From: a phage | Strand: one strand, 5' to 3' | Sequence record: PZ452591.1 | Length of the DNA stretch: 64,000 nucleotides | Part shown: positions 29,640-38,639 of the stretch, in pieces | Position numbering within the stretch: position 1 is the stretch's first letter | Layout of the letters: each line of letters opens with the position of its first letter | Position numbers and translations under genes: made by a program | The notes under the pieces: model-generated | The model's input: only the letters and a program-made list of their open reading frames with translations | Database searches by the model: none | What the model was told of the DNA's origin: nothing

Positions 29640-30221
29640 CTAACCGAGCTTTTTAGTTAATTCATTCCAATGTTTTCTACACAAGGAAACATAAATTTCA
29701 TCACCAATACAGATTTGATTACCTTCTTTAACTGGTGTTCCATCTTCCATTAATCGAGCTGTCATAATCGCTTTTTTGCCGCAATGACAAACTGCCTTTA
29801 GTTCAATAAGTTTATCTGCAATCGCTAAAAGTTCTTTAGAACCTTCAAACAATTTTCCAGCGAAATCAGTCCTTAATCCATAAGCCATAACAGGAACATT
29901 ATATGTATCAACAATTCGGCTCAATTGATGCACCTGTTCAGTTTTTAAAAACTGGGCTTCATCTACAAATACGCAATGAATATCTTTTTGTGCTTCAGCC
30001 CATTTATAGAACTCGAAAATATCCATATCATCTGTAATAATATTTGCTTCCTGCCTAATTCCAATGCGAGAAACGACTTCACAGACAGAATCGCGAGTAT
30101 CAATAGCAGGCTTAAGAACTAATACACTCATTCCACGTTCTTTATAATTGTGCGCAGCAGTCAAAAGAGAAGCAGATTTTCCAGCATTCATTGCTGCATA
30201 AGTAAAAATTAAACTCGCCAT
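29640..30221 (-). CDS. tk: thymidine kinase
   Basis: 193 aa, P-loop AAMNAGKSASLL, Zn-ribbon CxxC...CxxH near C-terminus. Confidence 0.9.
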   Translation of the reverse strand: MASLIFTYAAMNAGKSASLLTAAHNYKERGMSVLVLKPAIDTRDSVCEVVSRIGIRQEANIITDDMDIFEFYKWAEAQKDIHCVFVDEAQFLKTEQVHQLSRIVDTYNVPVMAYGLRTDFAGKLFEGSKELLAIADKLIELKAVCHCGKKAIMTARLMEDGTPVKEGNQICIGDEIYVSLCRKHWNELTKKLG

Positions 30222-30222
30222 C

Positions 30223-30411
30223 TTAGTCCTTAGTTAAATTTTCTAAATATGTTTCTAAATCATTTTCAGCTTTATCGATAGATTTTACTAATTCGTAATA
30301 TGTTTCGGCATCTCCATAATCAGAAGATAATTCAAAAGACAAATCCTTTTCTAAACTAATAATTTCACCAACTAAAAATAATATTTCGTTCTTTTGTTCG
30401 CGAGTAATCAT
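30223..30411 (-). CDS. small acidic helical protein (family of four)
   Basis: 62 aa, MITREQKNEILFLVGEI... Confidence 0.45.
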   Translation of the reverse strand: MITREQKNEILFLVGEIISLEKDLSFELSSDYGDAETYYELVKSIDKAENDLETYLENLTKD

Positions 30412-30593
30412 AAGGAATTTATATAATCAATGAGTTCTTGTTCTTTATTATCGAATTCTTTAGAAAGTTCTTCGTACTCGTTTGCACTAAAAGGACCGCA
30501 TTCATTACAAACTTTTTCCAATTCACTATTTTTATCCATAACTTCGTGGATAAGAGAAAAGAGTTTATCTTTTTGTTCTTTGCTTAAACTCAT
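30408..30593 (-). CDS. small acidic helical protein (family of four)
   Basis: 61 aa, MSLSKEQKDKLFSLIHEV... Confidence 0.45.
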   Translation of the reverse strand: MSLSKEQKDKLFSLIHEVMDKNSELEKVCNECGPFSANEYEELSKEFDNKEQELIDYINSL

Positions 30594-30763
30594 ATATTAA
30601 TTTCCAAAAGTTTTAAAATAATTCGCTTTTGCTTAAATATTTCCACAGTTAAATGATCAGTATCTTTTTGACCAATTCCAATGGCAAAACCTTTATTAAC
30701 AGCGAGTTCAATTAAATTATCAAGTTCACGTAACACTTCATATTGTAACTCAGAACTATTCAT
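30590..30763 (-). CDS. small hypothetical protein (57 aa), not in ORF track
   Basis: Hand translation MNSSELQYEVLRELDNLIELAVNKGF...; ATGA overlaps at both ends with neighbouring genes. Confidence 0.4.
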   Translation of the reverse strand: MNSSELQYEVLRELDNLIELAVNKGFAIGIGQKDTDHLTVEIFKQKRIILKLLEINI

Positions 30764-30972
30764 TTTGGTTTACCTTCTTTAACGAAATCTGGATAAGGAT
30801 AAAATCCCGAATAAAATCCTTCACCTTTATGATTGATGCATCCTTTATTCGAACAATAGCACCAATAATCGAAATCACAAGCCATTTCATCGTTGCATAA
30901 AGCAAAAACAACCGGCCATTTACACTTTTCACAGTGGGCATTTTTAAGAATACTAGTTTGGCTCATAACCAT
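30760..30972 (-). CDS. Cys-rich zinc-finger-like protein
   Basis: 70 aa with 9 Cys (CEKCKW...CNDEMAC...WCYCSNKGC). Confidence 0.5.
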   Translation of the reverse strand: MVMSQTSILKNAHCEKCKWPVVFALCNDEMACDFDYWCYCSNKGCINHKGEGFYSGFYPYPDFVKEGKPK

Positions 30973-31190
30973 GTCACCTTTAAGCAGTATTCTTCTACAT
31001 GCTGTTTACGACCTTTCTTATCAATAAAGGTATATTCAACGAATGTTCCAATGTAGTCTTTATCTACATCATGTGGACTATTAATTGGACATTTAGTACG
31101 GCAAATGCGTTCCCATTGACGAATAATTACTGCCTTATTCTTTGGGTCATACGGATGTGGATAATGTATATTCATAATAATGGTTCCCAA
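30963..31190 (-). CDS. hypothetical protein
   Basis: 75-aa ORF. Confidence 0.45.
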   Translation of the reverse strand: MGTIIMNIHYPHPYDPKNKAVIIRQWERICRTKCPINSPHDVDKDYIGTFVEYTFIDKKGRKQHVEEYCLKVTWL

Positions 31191-31639
31191 TCAACAATCA
31201 CAATTTCTAATTTAGAGGAATATGTATCTAAAATCCCCTCAATAATATCCCAGTTCCCTTTACCTATGCCTGCACCAATCCTAGGCATATAGATTGTAGG
31301 TTTAATTAGTTTATTTTCACCAAACTCATTTAATTCTAACATACAATTCATTAAAGCGGAATACTCAAAATTTGGCCCTGGTTGAAATTGAGTATAAAGA
31401 TTAAAGCAGTAAGCTTTATGAGTCCTAAAGTATTTTTCATAGACTGAATAAGAACCAAGTTTAGTTACATCACCCCATTCAGTCTGTAATTTATCAGCTT
31501 CCAAAATTTTAGGGAAAGCTTTAGTTAATTGACCTGCGACTCCAGCTTTCATCGTGTGAAAACAATTACATCCATGCGCAATATTTTTACCTTCAGCGAA
31601 AAGGGCGACAATATCGCCCTTGATATATTTTACAATCAT
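31172..31639 (-). CDS. TARG1/OARD1-like macrodomain protein (putative ADP-ribose processing enzyme)
   Basis: 155 aa; KGDIVALF...IAHGCNC...KAGVAGQ and YMPRIGAGIGKGNW resemble the TARG1 macrodomain motifs as recalled. Confidence 0.6.
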   Translation of the reverse strand: MIVKYIKGDIVALFAEGKNIAHGCNCFHTMKAGVAGQLTKAFPKILEADKLQTEWGDVTKLGSYSVYEKYFRTHKAYCFNLYTQFQPGPNFEYSALMNCMLELNEFGENKLIKPTIYMPRIGAGIGKGNWDIIEGILDTYSSKLEIVIVDWEPLL

Positions 31640-31983
31640 CTAGTACTCAATCCTCGATTATAAGAATCTACCAAACGGTCAACCATTGAATGACAAGCGG
31701 CTTTATCTTTCTCCTCCGCAACTGAACATTCTAAGGTATTCCACTTTTTAGCATATCGTTTTAATAATGTATCGTTTTTGTATCTACTTGATTTATCTCT
31801 TTCTCCGTCTTTATATGCATATATTAATTTCTGTGCAAATTCAGCTTGACATGCTTTATTTTTCCCACAATAATCTGCCGCAGTGCGGTTTACATATTCT
31901 CTAATTTCAGTATATGATGTATCTGCTGACGCAGAAGCAGAAAATGAAATTAATCCTATACATAAAACCAAAATTTTAGTCAT
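31636..31983 (-). CDS. small secreted protein (T4 vs position)
   Basis: 115 aa with N-terminal signal peptide MTKILVLCIGLISFSASASA and 4 Cys. Confidence 0.5.
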   Translation of the reverse strand: MTKILVLCIGLISFSASASADTSYTEIREYVNRTAADYCGKNKACQAEFAQKLIYAYKDGERDKSSRYKNDTLLKRYAKKWNTLECSVAEEKDKAACHSMVDRLVDSYNRGLSTR

Positions 31984-32521
31984 TTACTATTTCCAAAAGT
32001 TTATTATTTTTAAGGTAATTAGCCTTTTCTAGGACTTCAGAAGCATATTTAGAACCAGCTTTAACATTCCATCCCGAATTATAAGAGGATATTGCTTTTC
32101 TTATATCGCCCTTATGTATATTTAACCAATAAGAAAGTTCAATGTACGCCCAGGAAGCTGAATTGGATCGTTTATTCAACATTCTTTTTATTTCAGCATC
32201 GGTCATATTATAACCAAGTTCCTTAACTCTTGCTCGCATAGTAGGCAAATAATTTTGGAACATTCCATAAGCGTGATGCTTTGGTTTAGATTTTAAATTA
32301 ACTCCGCCAGAGCTTTCTTGCCATAAAATAGCAGCCATTATATGACCTAATCCGCTCTTGTGGATATTTTTGTGTGTTTTATATTTTCCATCCTTAGAAA
32401 ATTGTTCCCCGAATTGATACGCGTAACGCATGTTATCGAGTTGGACATTACTGAAAGTATGCTCGGAGCTATGTGCCATCATAGAAATGGCCAATAGACC
32501 AGCGAGTAGTGCTTTTCTCAT
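31976..32521 (-). CDS. lytic transglycosylase-like protein (SLT domain) with signal peptide
   Basis: 181 aa; ESSGG, YGMFQ and SYNSG motifs typical of SLT/family 1 transglycosylases. Confidence 0.6.
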   Translation of the reverse strand: MRKALLAGLLAISMMAHSSEHTFSNVQLDNMRYAYQFGEQFSKDGKYKTHKNIHKSGLGHIMAAILWQESSGGVNLKSKPKHHAYGMFQNYLPTMRARVKELGYNMTDAEIKRMLNKRSNSASWAYIELSYWLNIHKGDIRKAISSYNSGWNVKAGSKYASEVLEKANYLKNNKLLEIVND

Positions 32522-32528
32522 GCTTACC

Positions 32529-32990
32529 TCATTGAGTTTTAATTACTGCTTTAGAAGCCTTTCCTGGTAAACGGCGACTGTTGATAATTGCCATCCTACA
32601 TTGAAGCGACGGGTCTTTGAACTTCGCATTAGGTTTACAAACTGTAAATCCAAGCCAAAGATTTCCATCTGTGATTTCTAAACGTCCAGGACGATATTCA
32701 ACCCCATCAATAAAATCCTCGTCAATGTCAGGACGCGGAGGCATACTCAGGAATTCATTAACTTCTAAAACATGGTCTTTTATTTTATGGAATAATTCAA
32801 AAACGTATGTCTCATCAATCTCCCGTTGAATTGCGCGATCAAGAAGATGCTGAGAATATTTTAGATGAAACGATGAGACTCCTGCTGCTTTTGATGCCTC
32901 ACGAATCTCATTGTTAATTTGACGAAACTCCGACTCAAAGTGACGACGAAGCTTATTTCGACGGATAAAAACTTCTGTGTTGATAGTCAT
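32529..32990 (-). CDS. regB: endoribonuclease RegB
   Basis: 153 aa at the T4 regB position with strong early promoter upstream. Confidence 0.65.
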   Translation of the reverse strand: MTINTEVFIRRNKLRRHFESEFRQINNEIREASKAAGVSSFHLKYSQHLLDRAIQREIDETYVFELFHKIKDHVLEVNEFLSMPPRPDIDEDFIDGVEYRPGRLEITDGNLWLGFTVCKPNAKFKDPSLQCRMAIINSRRLPGKASKAVIKTQ

Positions 32991-33018
32991 GTTATTCTCC
33001 TCTTAACTGATAGAAAAA

Positions 33019-33047
33019 TTATACCACAGTCAAGAGGAAAAGTAAAC
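33019..33047 (-). promoter_or_regulatory. early promoter upstream of regB
   Basis: GTTTACT-17 nt-TGGTATAAT (extended -10 consensus) on minus strand. Confidence 0.6.
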
Positions 33048-33049
33048 AG

Positions 33050-33328
33050 TTATTCTTTAAATCTAATCAATTTATTCATAGACTTTGAAACTTCTGCACG
33101 AACCTCATGTAGATTTTTGAGCTGCTCAAGACGCTGCGCATAGTAAGCAATTTCATCTTCTTCGAGACAGTCCTGTGAATCTTCTTTAAGATAACGCGCA
33201 TAGTCCTGGAAAGCGTTACGAACTACTTCCTGGAAGTCATCAAGACTTTGAATTTTCTTAGGAGCAACAGATACACGACGAGGGGCAGTATAATACTCAT
33301 AACCAAACCCTGCGCTTAATTGAGCCAT
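33050..33328 (-). CDS. hypothetical protein (vs.3/vs.4 region)
   Basis: Likely start M15 ([13 protein letters not shown]...), 92 aa; coupled to upstream ORF. Confidence 0.45.
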   Translation of the reverse strand: MAQLSAGFGYEYYTAPRRVSVAPKKIQSLDDFQEVVRNAFQDYARYLKEDSQDCLEEDEIAYYAQRLEQLKNLHEVRAEVSKSMNKLIRFKE

Positions 33329-33630
33329 TAGTATTTTTCCTCTGGTTGGAACACTGCACGACAAGCCCACATACTGGCTTCTTTGAGTTTCGTTTTAGCA
33401 ATAGTTAACTGATCGAGGCTTTCAGCATAATTCTTCGCGAATTCACAGTCTTCACAATTATCTAGTGCTTCCCAGAATTCATCATATAAAGCATCAAAGA
33501 TAAGCCCTAAACGAACTTCAGCATCTTTGATAGCATTCACTTTACTGATTTTATCGTCAGTATGTGGCTTATAACCTTTAATGTCTTCAATCATATTTGA
33601 CTTCCTCACCAGTACATAAATCGTATTCAA
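33328..33630 (-). CDS. hypothetical protein (vs.3/vs.4 region)
   Basis: 100-aa ORF (88 aa from M13). Confidence 0.45.
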   Translation of the reverse strand: MNTIYVLVRKSNMIEDIKGYKPHTDDKISKVNAIKDAEVRLGLIFDALYDEFWEALDNCEDCEFAKNYAESLDQLTIAKTKLKEASMWACRAVFQPEEKY

Positions 33631-33808
33631 CTAAACGAATAGGTTCATGAATGCCATATCCCTGAACAGAAATTTCTGTCGTAGGATAAATTCCATCAAT
33701 ATCACCCATATTCCAGGATTCATTAAATTGTTGTTCGCCTGAATTACTAAACCACTCGGCGAAAGCATTTAGCACATCTTCAGAACCTTCAATAATTATC
33801 TTTGCCAT
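33587..33808 (-). CDS. hypothetical protein
   Basis: 73-aa acidic ORF. Confidence 0.45.
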   Translation of the reverse strand: MAKIIIEGSEDVLNAFAEWFSNSGEQQFNESWNMGDIDGIYPTTEISVQGYGIHEPIRLVEYDLCTGEEVKYD

Positions 33809-34170
33809 TACAAACTCTCGGTAAAGGTACGAGCGATAACGTCGCGCTGCTGTTCCGGAGTCAGAGAGTTAAAGCGAACTGCATAACCGGATACACGGAT
33901 GGTCAGCTGCGGATATTTTTCCGGATGCTTAACTGCATCTTCCAGAGTTTCACGACGCAGAACGTTAACGTTCAGGTGTTGACCACCTTCAATTTTAACT
34001 GTAGGCTGTGGCTCAATTTCAATTTCACGGGCATGCAAACCATAGAAAATTTCTGGGTCTACAAAAGAGTCCTCTTTAAAGGTTTTAGAAACGATAATTC
34101 GTGCTTGAATACCATCTTCAAAATAAATAGTGCCTTTGTGTGTGCCTTCAAGAATTTGATATGCTTTCAT
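33808..34170 (-). CDS. autonomous glycyl radical cofactor (GrcA/YfiD-like)
   Basis: 120 aa; C-terminal [25 protein letters not shown] is the pyruvate formate-lyase glycyl radical signature. Confidence 0.7.
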   Translation of the reverse strand: MKAYQILEGTHKGTIYFEDGIQARIIVSKTFKEDSFVDPEIFYGLHAREIEIEPQPTVKIEGGQHLNVNVLRRETLEDAVKHPEKYPQLTIRVSGYAVRFNSLTPEQQRDVIARTFTESL

Positions 34171-34177
34171 ATAAACC

Positions 34178-34507
34178 TCAATTAGAAAATAAATTTATCC
34201 AGGATTGTTCTTTAATTAAAAACGGCTCAGAATCATATGCCATTAAACTTTGGGTAATTAATCCTTTAAAAGGTCCATCAATAAATTCCATGGTAAAATA
34301 TGGAATTTTATTCATTAGCCGTGCATTAGGAGCAGTGCACAAAACTCTGCATCCTTTGAATACACCTTTTTGTAATTTGTATTGCTTGGGATAAAATTCG
34401 CTTAAAATGTTGTTATTTGCCAAAATTTCAAAATGATTCACCAATTTATTTTTAATAGTTTTTGGCGAAAAATAAAGATATTCGAAAAGCTGAGTGTCTG
34501 TCATCAT
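34178..34507 (-). CDS. hypothetical protein
   Basis: ATG at 34507 overlaps stop of upstream gene (ATGA), 109 aa. Confidence 0.45.
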   Translation of the reverse strand: MMTDTQLFEYLYFSPKTIKNKLVNHFEILANNNILSEFYPKQYKLQKGVFKGCRVLCTAPNARLMNKIPYFTMEFIDGPFKGLITQSLMAYDSEPFLIKEQSWINLFSN

Positions 34508-35043
34508 TGCATTCCAATTACGAAAAACTGTGGACGAGTAATACCACCAATACAACATTTAATATTACAGCAGCAGTGTACAGTGTCAATATGGACACTA
34601 TAAATCTTATCCATATCAGGAGATTTGACAGGCTCATCAATTATATATAAAATTCGCGAAAGCGATAAACCTCTGAACTTGCTTCCTTTATTACCAATAA
34701 AACTGCGCACAGAATCAGTAAATAAACGAAAACGTATATCATCATTAGAATAACGCGAAAATTCCTTTTTAATGTTATTTGCAGAAATTTTAGCGTAAGC
34801 TGAAGTATTAGAAAGAACAATAACTGTTCCGCCATCATATAACCAATTAGCAGCAAAGTTAGTCACAGCAATTGATTTACCGGATTGACGTCCACCATCT
34901 ATACGAAGTGTGCAATACTGTTTAAGTAAGTCTTCAAATGGTGGGATATAATCGTTTTTACAAATTTCTTCTACTCTAGCATCAGAATGGTGTGTAAAAG
35001 CATTCATCAGGGATAGATAAGGACCAGTTAAAAATGTTCTCAT
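34504..35043 (-). CDS. small P-loop NTPase with C-terminal Cys cluster
   Basis: Walker A GGRQSGKS, Walker B ILYIIDE, C-terminal HCCCNIKCC; ATG at 35043 has SD GAGAGAA (track start 35091 lies in a repeat). Confidence 0.55.
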   Translation of the reverse strand: MRTFLTGPYLSLMNAFTHHSDARVEEICKNDYIPPFEDLLKQYCTLRIDGGRQSGKSIAVTNFAANWLYDGGTVIVLSNTSAYAKISANNIKKEFSRYSNDDIRFRLFTDSVRSFIGNKGSKFRGLSLSRILYIIDEPVKSPDMDKIYSVHIDTVHCCCNIKCCIGGITRPQFFVIGMQ

Positions 35044-35079
35044 TTTATTCTCTCTAGGTTTGGGCCATTCCGTGGCGCA

Positions 35080-35111
35080 TGAATTGTCCATTTCTGTATT
35101 TACCCATTACC
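35080..35111. repeat. 32-bp repeat copy A (flanks 157-aa internal-protein gene)
   Basis: TGAATTGTCCATTTCTGTATTTACCCATTACC; 30/32 identical to copy B. Confidence 0.7.
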
Positions 35112-35196
35112 GCACTTGGGCTCGACCTTATTACAGGTTGGCGGGAATCCCTCACAGAATCATGAGGTCCAGGTTGTTCCCATATTTCTTATTTGC

Positions 35197-35670
35197 TTAT
35201 TTGAACGATTTAACGTACTGAATAGAACCTTTACTATTCACGAAAGCGATTTTACCATTTTTATTATACATGGTAGCAGTACGCTGATAGCCATAAGTTT
35301 GCTTACCAGATTGATAACCAACTAATGCAAAATTATCTTCACCCATTTTATTCTGTTTAGCGCGAATGCGTTCATGACCATGTGCCATAAGAACCTTAGC
35401 ATCACCAGTTGCAATGGATCGACGAGTTTTTTCATCTTCAACTGTATTAACAAAGTCGTCAAATGAATCAAATTTAGCATGAGATTTATTATACAGTTTT
35501 CCATCTACTGCATAATTATATCCTTGTACATCCATCTCAACTTCTGTACCATCATCTAATACAGCAGTAATTTTCTGTCCTTTTTTAAATTTCAAAAGAT
35601 CAGTAAAAGATTCAGCAATAATTTGAGAATTAATAGCTGCCTCAGTAATAAATTCTTGATATGTTTTCAT
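35197..35670 (-). CDS. internal-protein-like capsid-targeted protein (157 aa)
   Basis: N-terminal capsid targeting sequence MKTYQEFITE shared with T4 internal proteins. Confidence 0.6.
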   Translation of the reverse strand: MKTYQEFITEAAINSQIIAESFTDLLKFKKGQKITAVLDDGTEVEMDVQGYNYAVDGKLYNKSHAKFDSFDDFVNTVEDEKTRRSIATGDAKVLMAHGHERIRAKQNKMGEDNFALVGYQSGKQTYGYQRTATMYNKNGKIAFVNSKGSIQYVKSFK

Positions 35671-35727
35671 GTATATCCTTTAAATGTAAATAGTTTTATT
35701 CTTTAAGTTTTGGACAATTCATGCGTG

Positions 35728-35759
35728 TGAATTGTCCGTTTCTATATTTACCCATTACC
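35728..35759. repeat. 32-bp repeat copy B
   Basis: TGAATTGTCCGTTTCTATATTTACCCATTACC; here preceded by a perfect 10-bp inverted repeat GGACAATTCA/TGAATTGTCC. Confidence 0.7.
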
Positions 35760-35778
35760 AGGTTCGAACTCGGCTTTA

Positions 35779-36360
35779 TTAAGAATTACCGCGGGCTGCA
35801 TTAGCAACGGCGTAAGCGTACTGAACATTAGCGTCTTTAAACGTACCTTTAGAGGTATCTATTTCTGCCTTAAAGCCGCCTTTAGTCATAACATCGGCAA
35901 ATTCTTTACGGAAAGCCATTGCATCAAGACCTTTCCATGATGATTTATGCTTGGCAAATTCAAGACCGGCAAAGTTAACAGCCTTAGCTAATTTATTATC
36001 AATAACCCATTTACCTGCTTTGGGCACAAACACCGGACCTTTCTGTTTGGAGAACAGTTTTAAATTCCATCGGCGAAGGTCTGCATCGGCTTTAACAAAT
36101 TCTGAGTCTAAATTACTAGCAACAACATCTTGAATATGGGCAAATTTAAGTCCATCAACTTCAATATTTAGATCGTTACGCCAGCGAAGTCCTTCCCATG
36201 CGAAGGCTTTAAAGTCGGAAGCCTTTGTAGCTAAGTACCGTTCAATAGGAGCTGTTTTAGGGTCAAAGCCGTTTCCCGATCGGTAGGTCCACTCATCTTT
36301 GTTAATGCCTTTGGCCTTTACTACAGAAGCTTCGGCAATAAATTCTTGATAGGTTTTCAT
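35779..36360 (-). CDS. ipIII: internal protein III
   Basis: 193 aa, MKTYQEFIAEASVVKAKGINKDEW...; CTS and size fit T4 IPIII, adjacent to e. Confidence 0.7.
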   Translation of the reverse strand: MKTYQEFIAEASVVKAKGINKDEWTYRSGNGFDPKTAPIERYLATKASDFKAFAWEGLRWRNDLNIEVDGLKFAHIQDVVASNLDSEFVKADADLRRWNLKLFSKQKGPVFVPKAGKWVIDNKLAKAVNFAGLEFAKHKSSWKGLDAMAFRKEFADVMTKGGFKAEIDTSKGTFKDANVQYAYAVANAARGNS

Positions 36361-36414
36361 GTATTTCCTTTAAATATTTTAATTAGTAATTTGTCTATTC
36401 AAGTAACTGTGAAT

Positions 36415-36444
36415 ATACTATCACAATTCCAAGAGAAAGTAAAC
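36415..36444 (-). promoter_or_regulatory. early promoter upstream of ipIII
   Basis: GTTTACT-17 nt-TAGTAT on minus strand. Confidence 0.45.
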
Positions 36445-36448
36445 AACT

Positions 36449-37417
<969 letters not shown>

Positions 37418-37421
<4 letters not shown>

Positions 37422-37906
37422 TTTAATTTCCTACATTCAGTGATAAAGTTATTTAAATTTTGAGCATATTTCTTTTCATCAAAAATCTTTTGCTGTCTGC
37501 GTAACCGCCATGGCATTTCAATGAACATGCGCCATATTCCTGATAATACTGCTGTTGTAAAAATATTAACAAGTATAGTTAAAAGAATCCAATCTCCTAT
37601 TCTGTCCATTGGATTTTTTATAAAAAAGTAAAATACGAACGATGATATAGGAAGACTAATGATATACCACAGAAGAACCTTCTTATCTGTGAACCACTCG
37701 GCATTCGTTAGCTTAGCGCGACCATTTTGAATACACACGAATTTATCATCTGTTACAGTAAATGGCTTAGCTGCTTGATATCCCATTCTAAACTCCCTAA
37801 TTAATCGTTTCTTTGTGTCTTCAGAACAACCATTCCAGTCAACTCTATCAACTGGAATGCCATCATCCCCATCGTCTAAGTCATACCAGCGAGTTTTTAA
37901 AATCAT
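37418..37906 (-). CDS. membrane protein
   Basis: ATG at 37906 overlaps upstream stop; two hydrophobic helices. Confidence 0.5.
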
Positions 37907-38265
37907 CTGATTTTCCTGCAATCACTCACAAACTCTTTCATTGCTTCATTTTCAATATAAGAAATGTAGCTATTATATTCTTTTAATTGTATTTTGTAAT
38001 CCTTTTTTCTTTGCCAATTTATTTTAAAGTTATCATAATGAAAATATAAAATGATACCAAAGAATGAAAACAATGAAATAATTTTAGTATAACAAAGCTC
38101 ACTCCAAACTTCTATTATATCTACTGTACCACTGATTTTTAAAATAAAACAGTCAATTAACAGTCCAATAAGACTACCTGTAAAAGCTGCAGCCAGCGAC
38201 ACTGCAAAAATTAAAAATGACTCAGAAAACGAATATTTGACTTTATTTAGTTTTGGCTTTTGCAT
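37903..38265 (-). CDS. membrane protein
   Basis: 120 aa with 2-3 TM segments. Confidence 0.5.
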   Translation of the reverse strand: MQKPKLNKVKYSFSESFLIFAVSLAAAFTGSLIGLLIDCFILKISGTVDIIEVWSELCYTKIISLFSFFGIILYFHYDNFKINWQRKKDYKIQLKEYNSYISYIENEAMKEFVSDCRKIR

Positions 38266-38639
38266 CGTGATTCCTTAACAAATTTCATAATTTCATTAAA
38301 TTCATACATATTTAGTTTAAGCTGGTGTTCCTTTTTAATCTTTTTGCACTGGGCTTTCCAATCACGTACGCGTTTACGATAATGTCTTCCTTGATACCAG
38401 TATCCTACCCAATTTACAGGTACTAATAAAAATGGAACTACCAATGGAAGAGTTAGCATTAACATAATTATTACACCAGATTCAATATCAGTCATAACAT
38501 CTAAAACACCTCCAATAATCAATAGAATTACAAATGATATGAGTATCACAGGACCTATTAATACGTCAGTAGGAATTATCTGACGCTTTAATTCATACTT
38601 CAACGGTTTACTTGGAAGGTATAGTGATGGTTTTGACAT
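38247..38639 (-). CDS. membrane protein
   Basis: ATG at 38639 (MSKPSLYLPSK...) after embedded SD AAGGAA; 2 TM segments. Confidence 0.5.
   Translation of the reverse strand: MSKPSLYLPSKPLKYELKRQIIPTDVLIGPVILISFVILLIIGGVLDVMTDIESGVIIMLMLTLPLVVPFLLVPVNWVGYWYQGRHYRKRVRDWKAQCKKIKKEHQLKLNMYEFNEIMKFVKESRCKSQN

Noticed and set aside
30756-30941. 61-aa ORF overlapping the Cys-rich 30760-30972 gene in another frame
   Set aside because: The Cys-rich frame has a zinc-finger-like pattern and ATGA coupling to the downstream mini-gene; the alternative frame is hydrophobic low-complexity.
35043-35091. Upstream start (35091) for the P-loop ORF
   Set aside because: The ATG at 35091 lies inside the 32-bp repeat and has no SD; the ATG at 35043 has SD GAGAGAA, so the N-terminal 16 residues are probably not translated.
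34504-35196. Possibility that endonuclease V (denV) is encoded here in a shifted frame
   Set aside because: None of the three minus-strand frames across 34504-35196 gives a peptide resembling T4 endonuclease V as recalled; the only substantial ORF is the P-loop protein.
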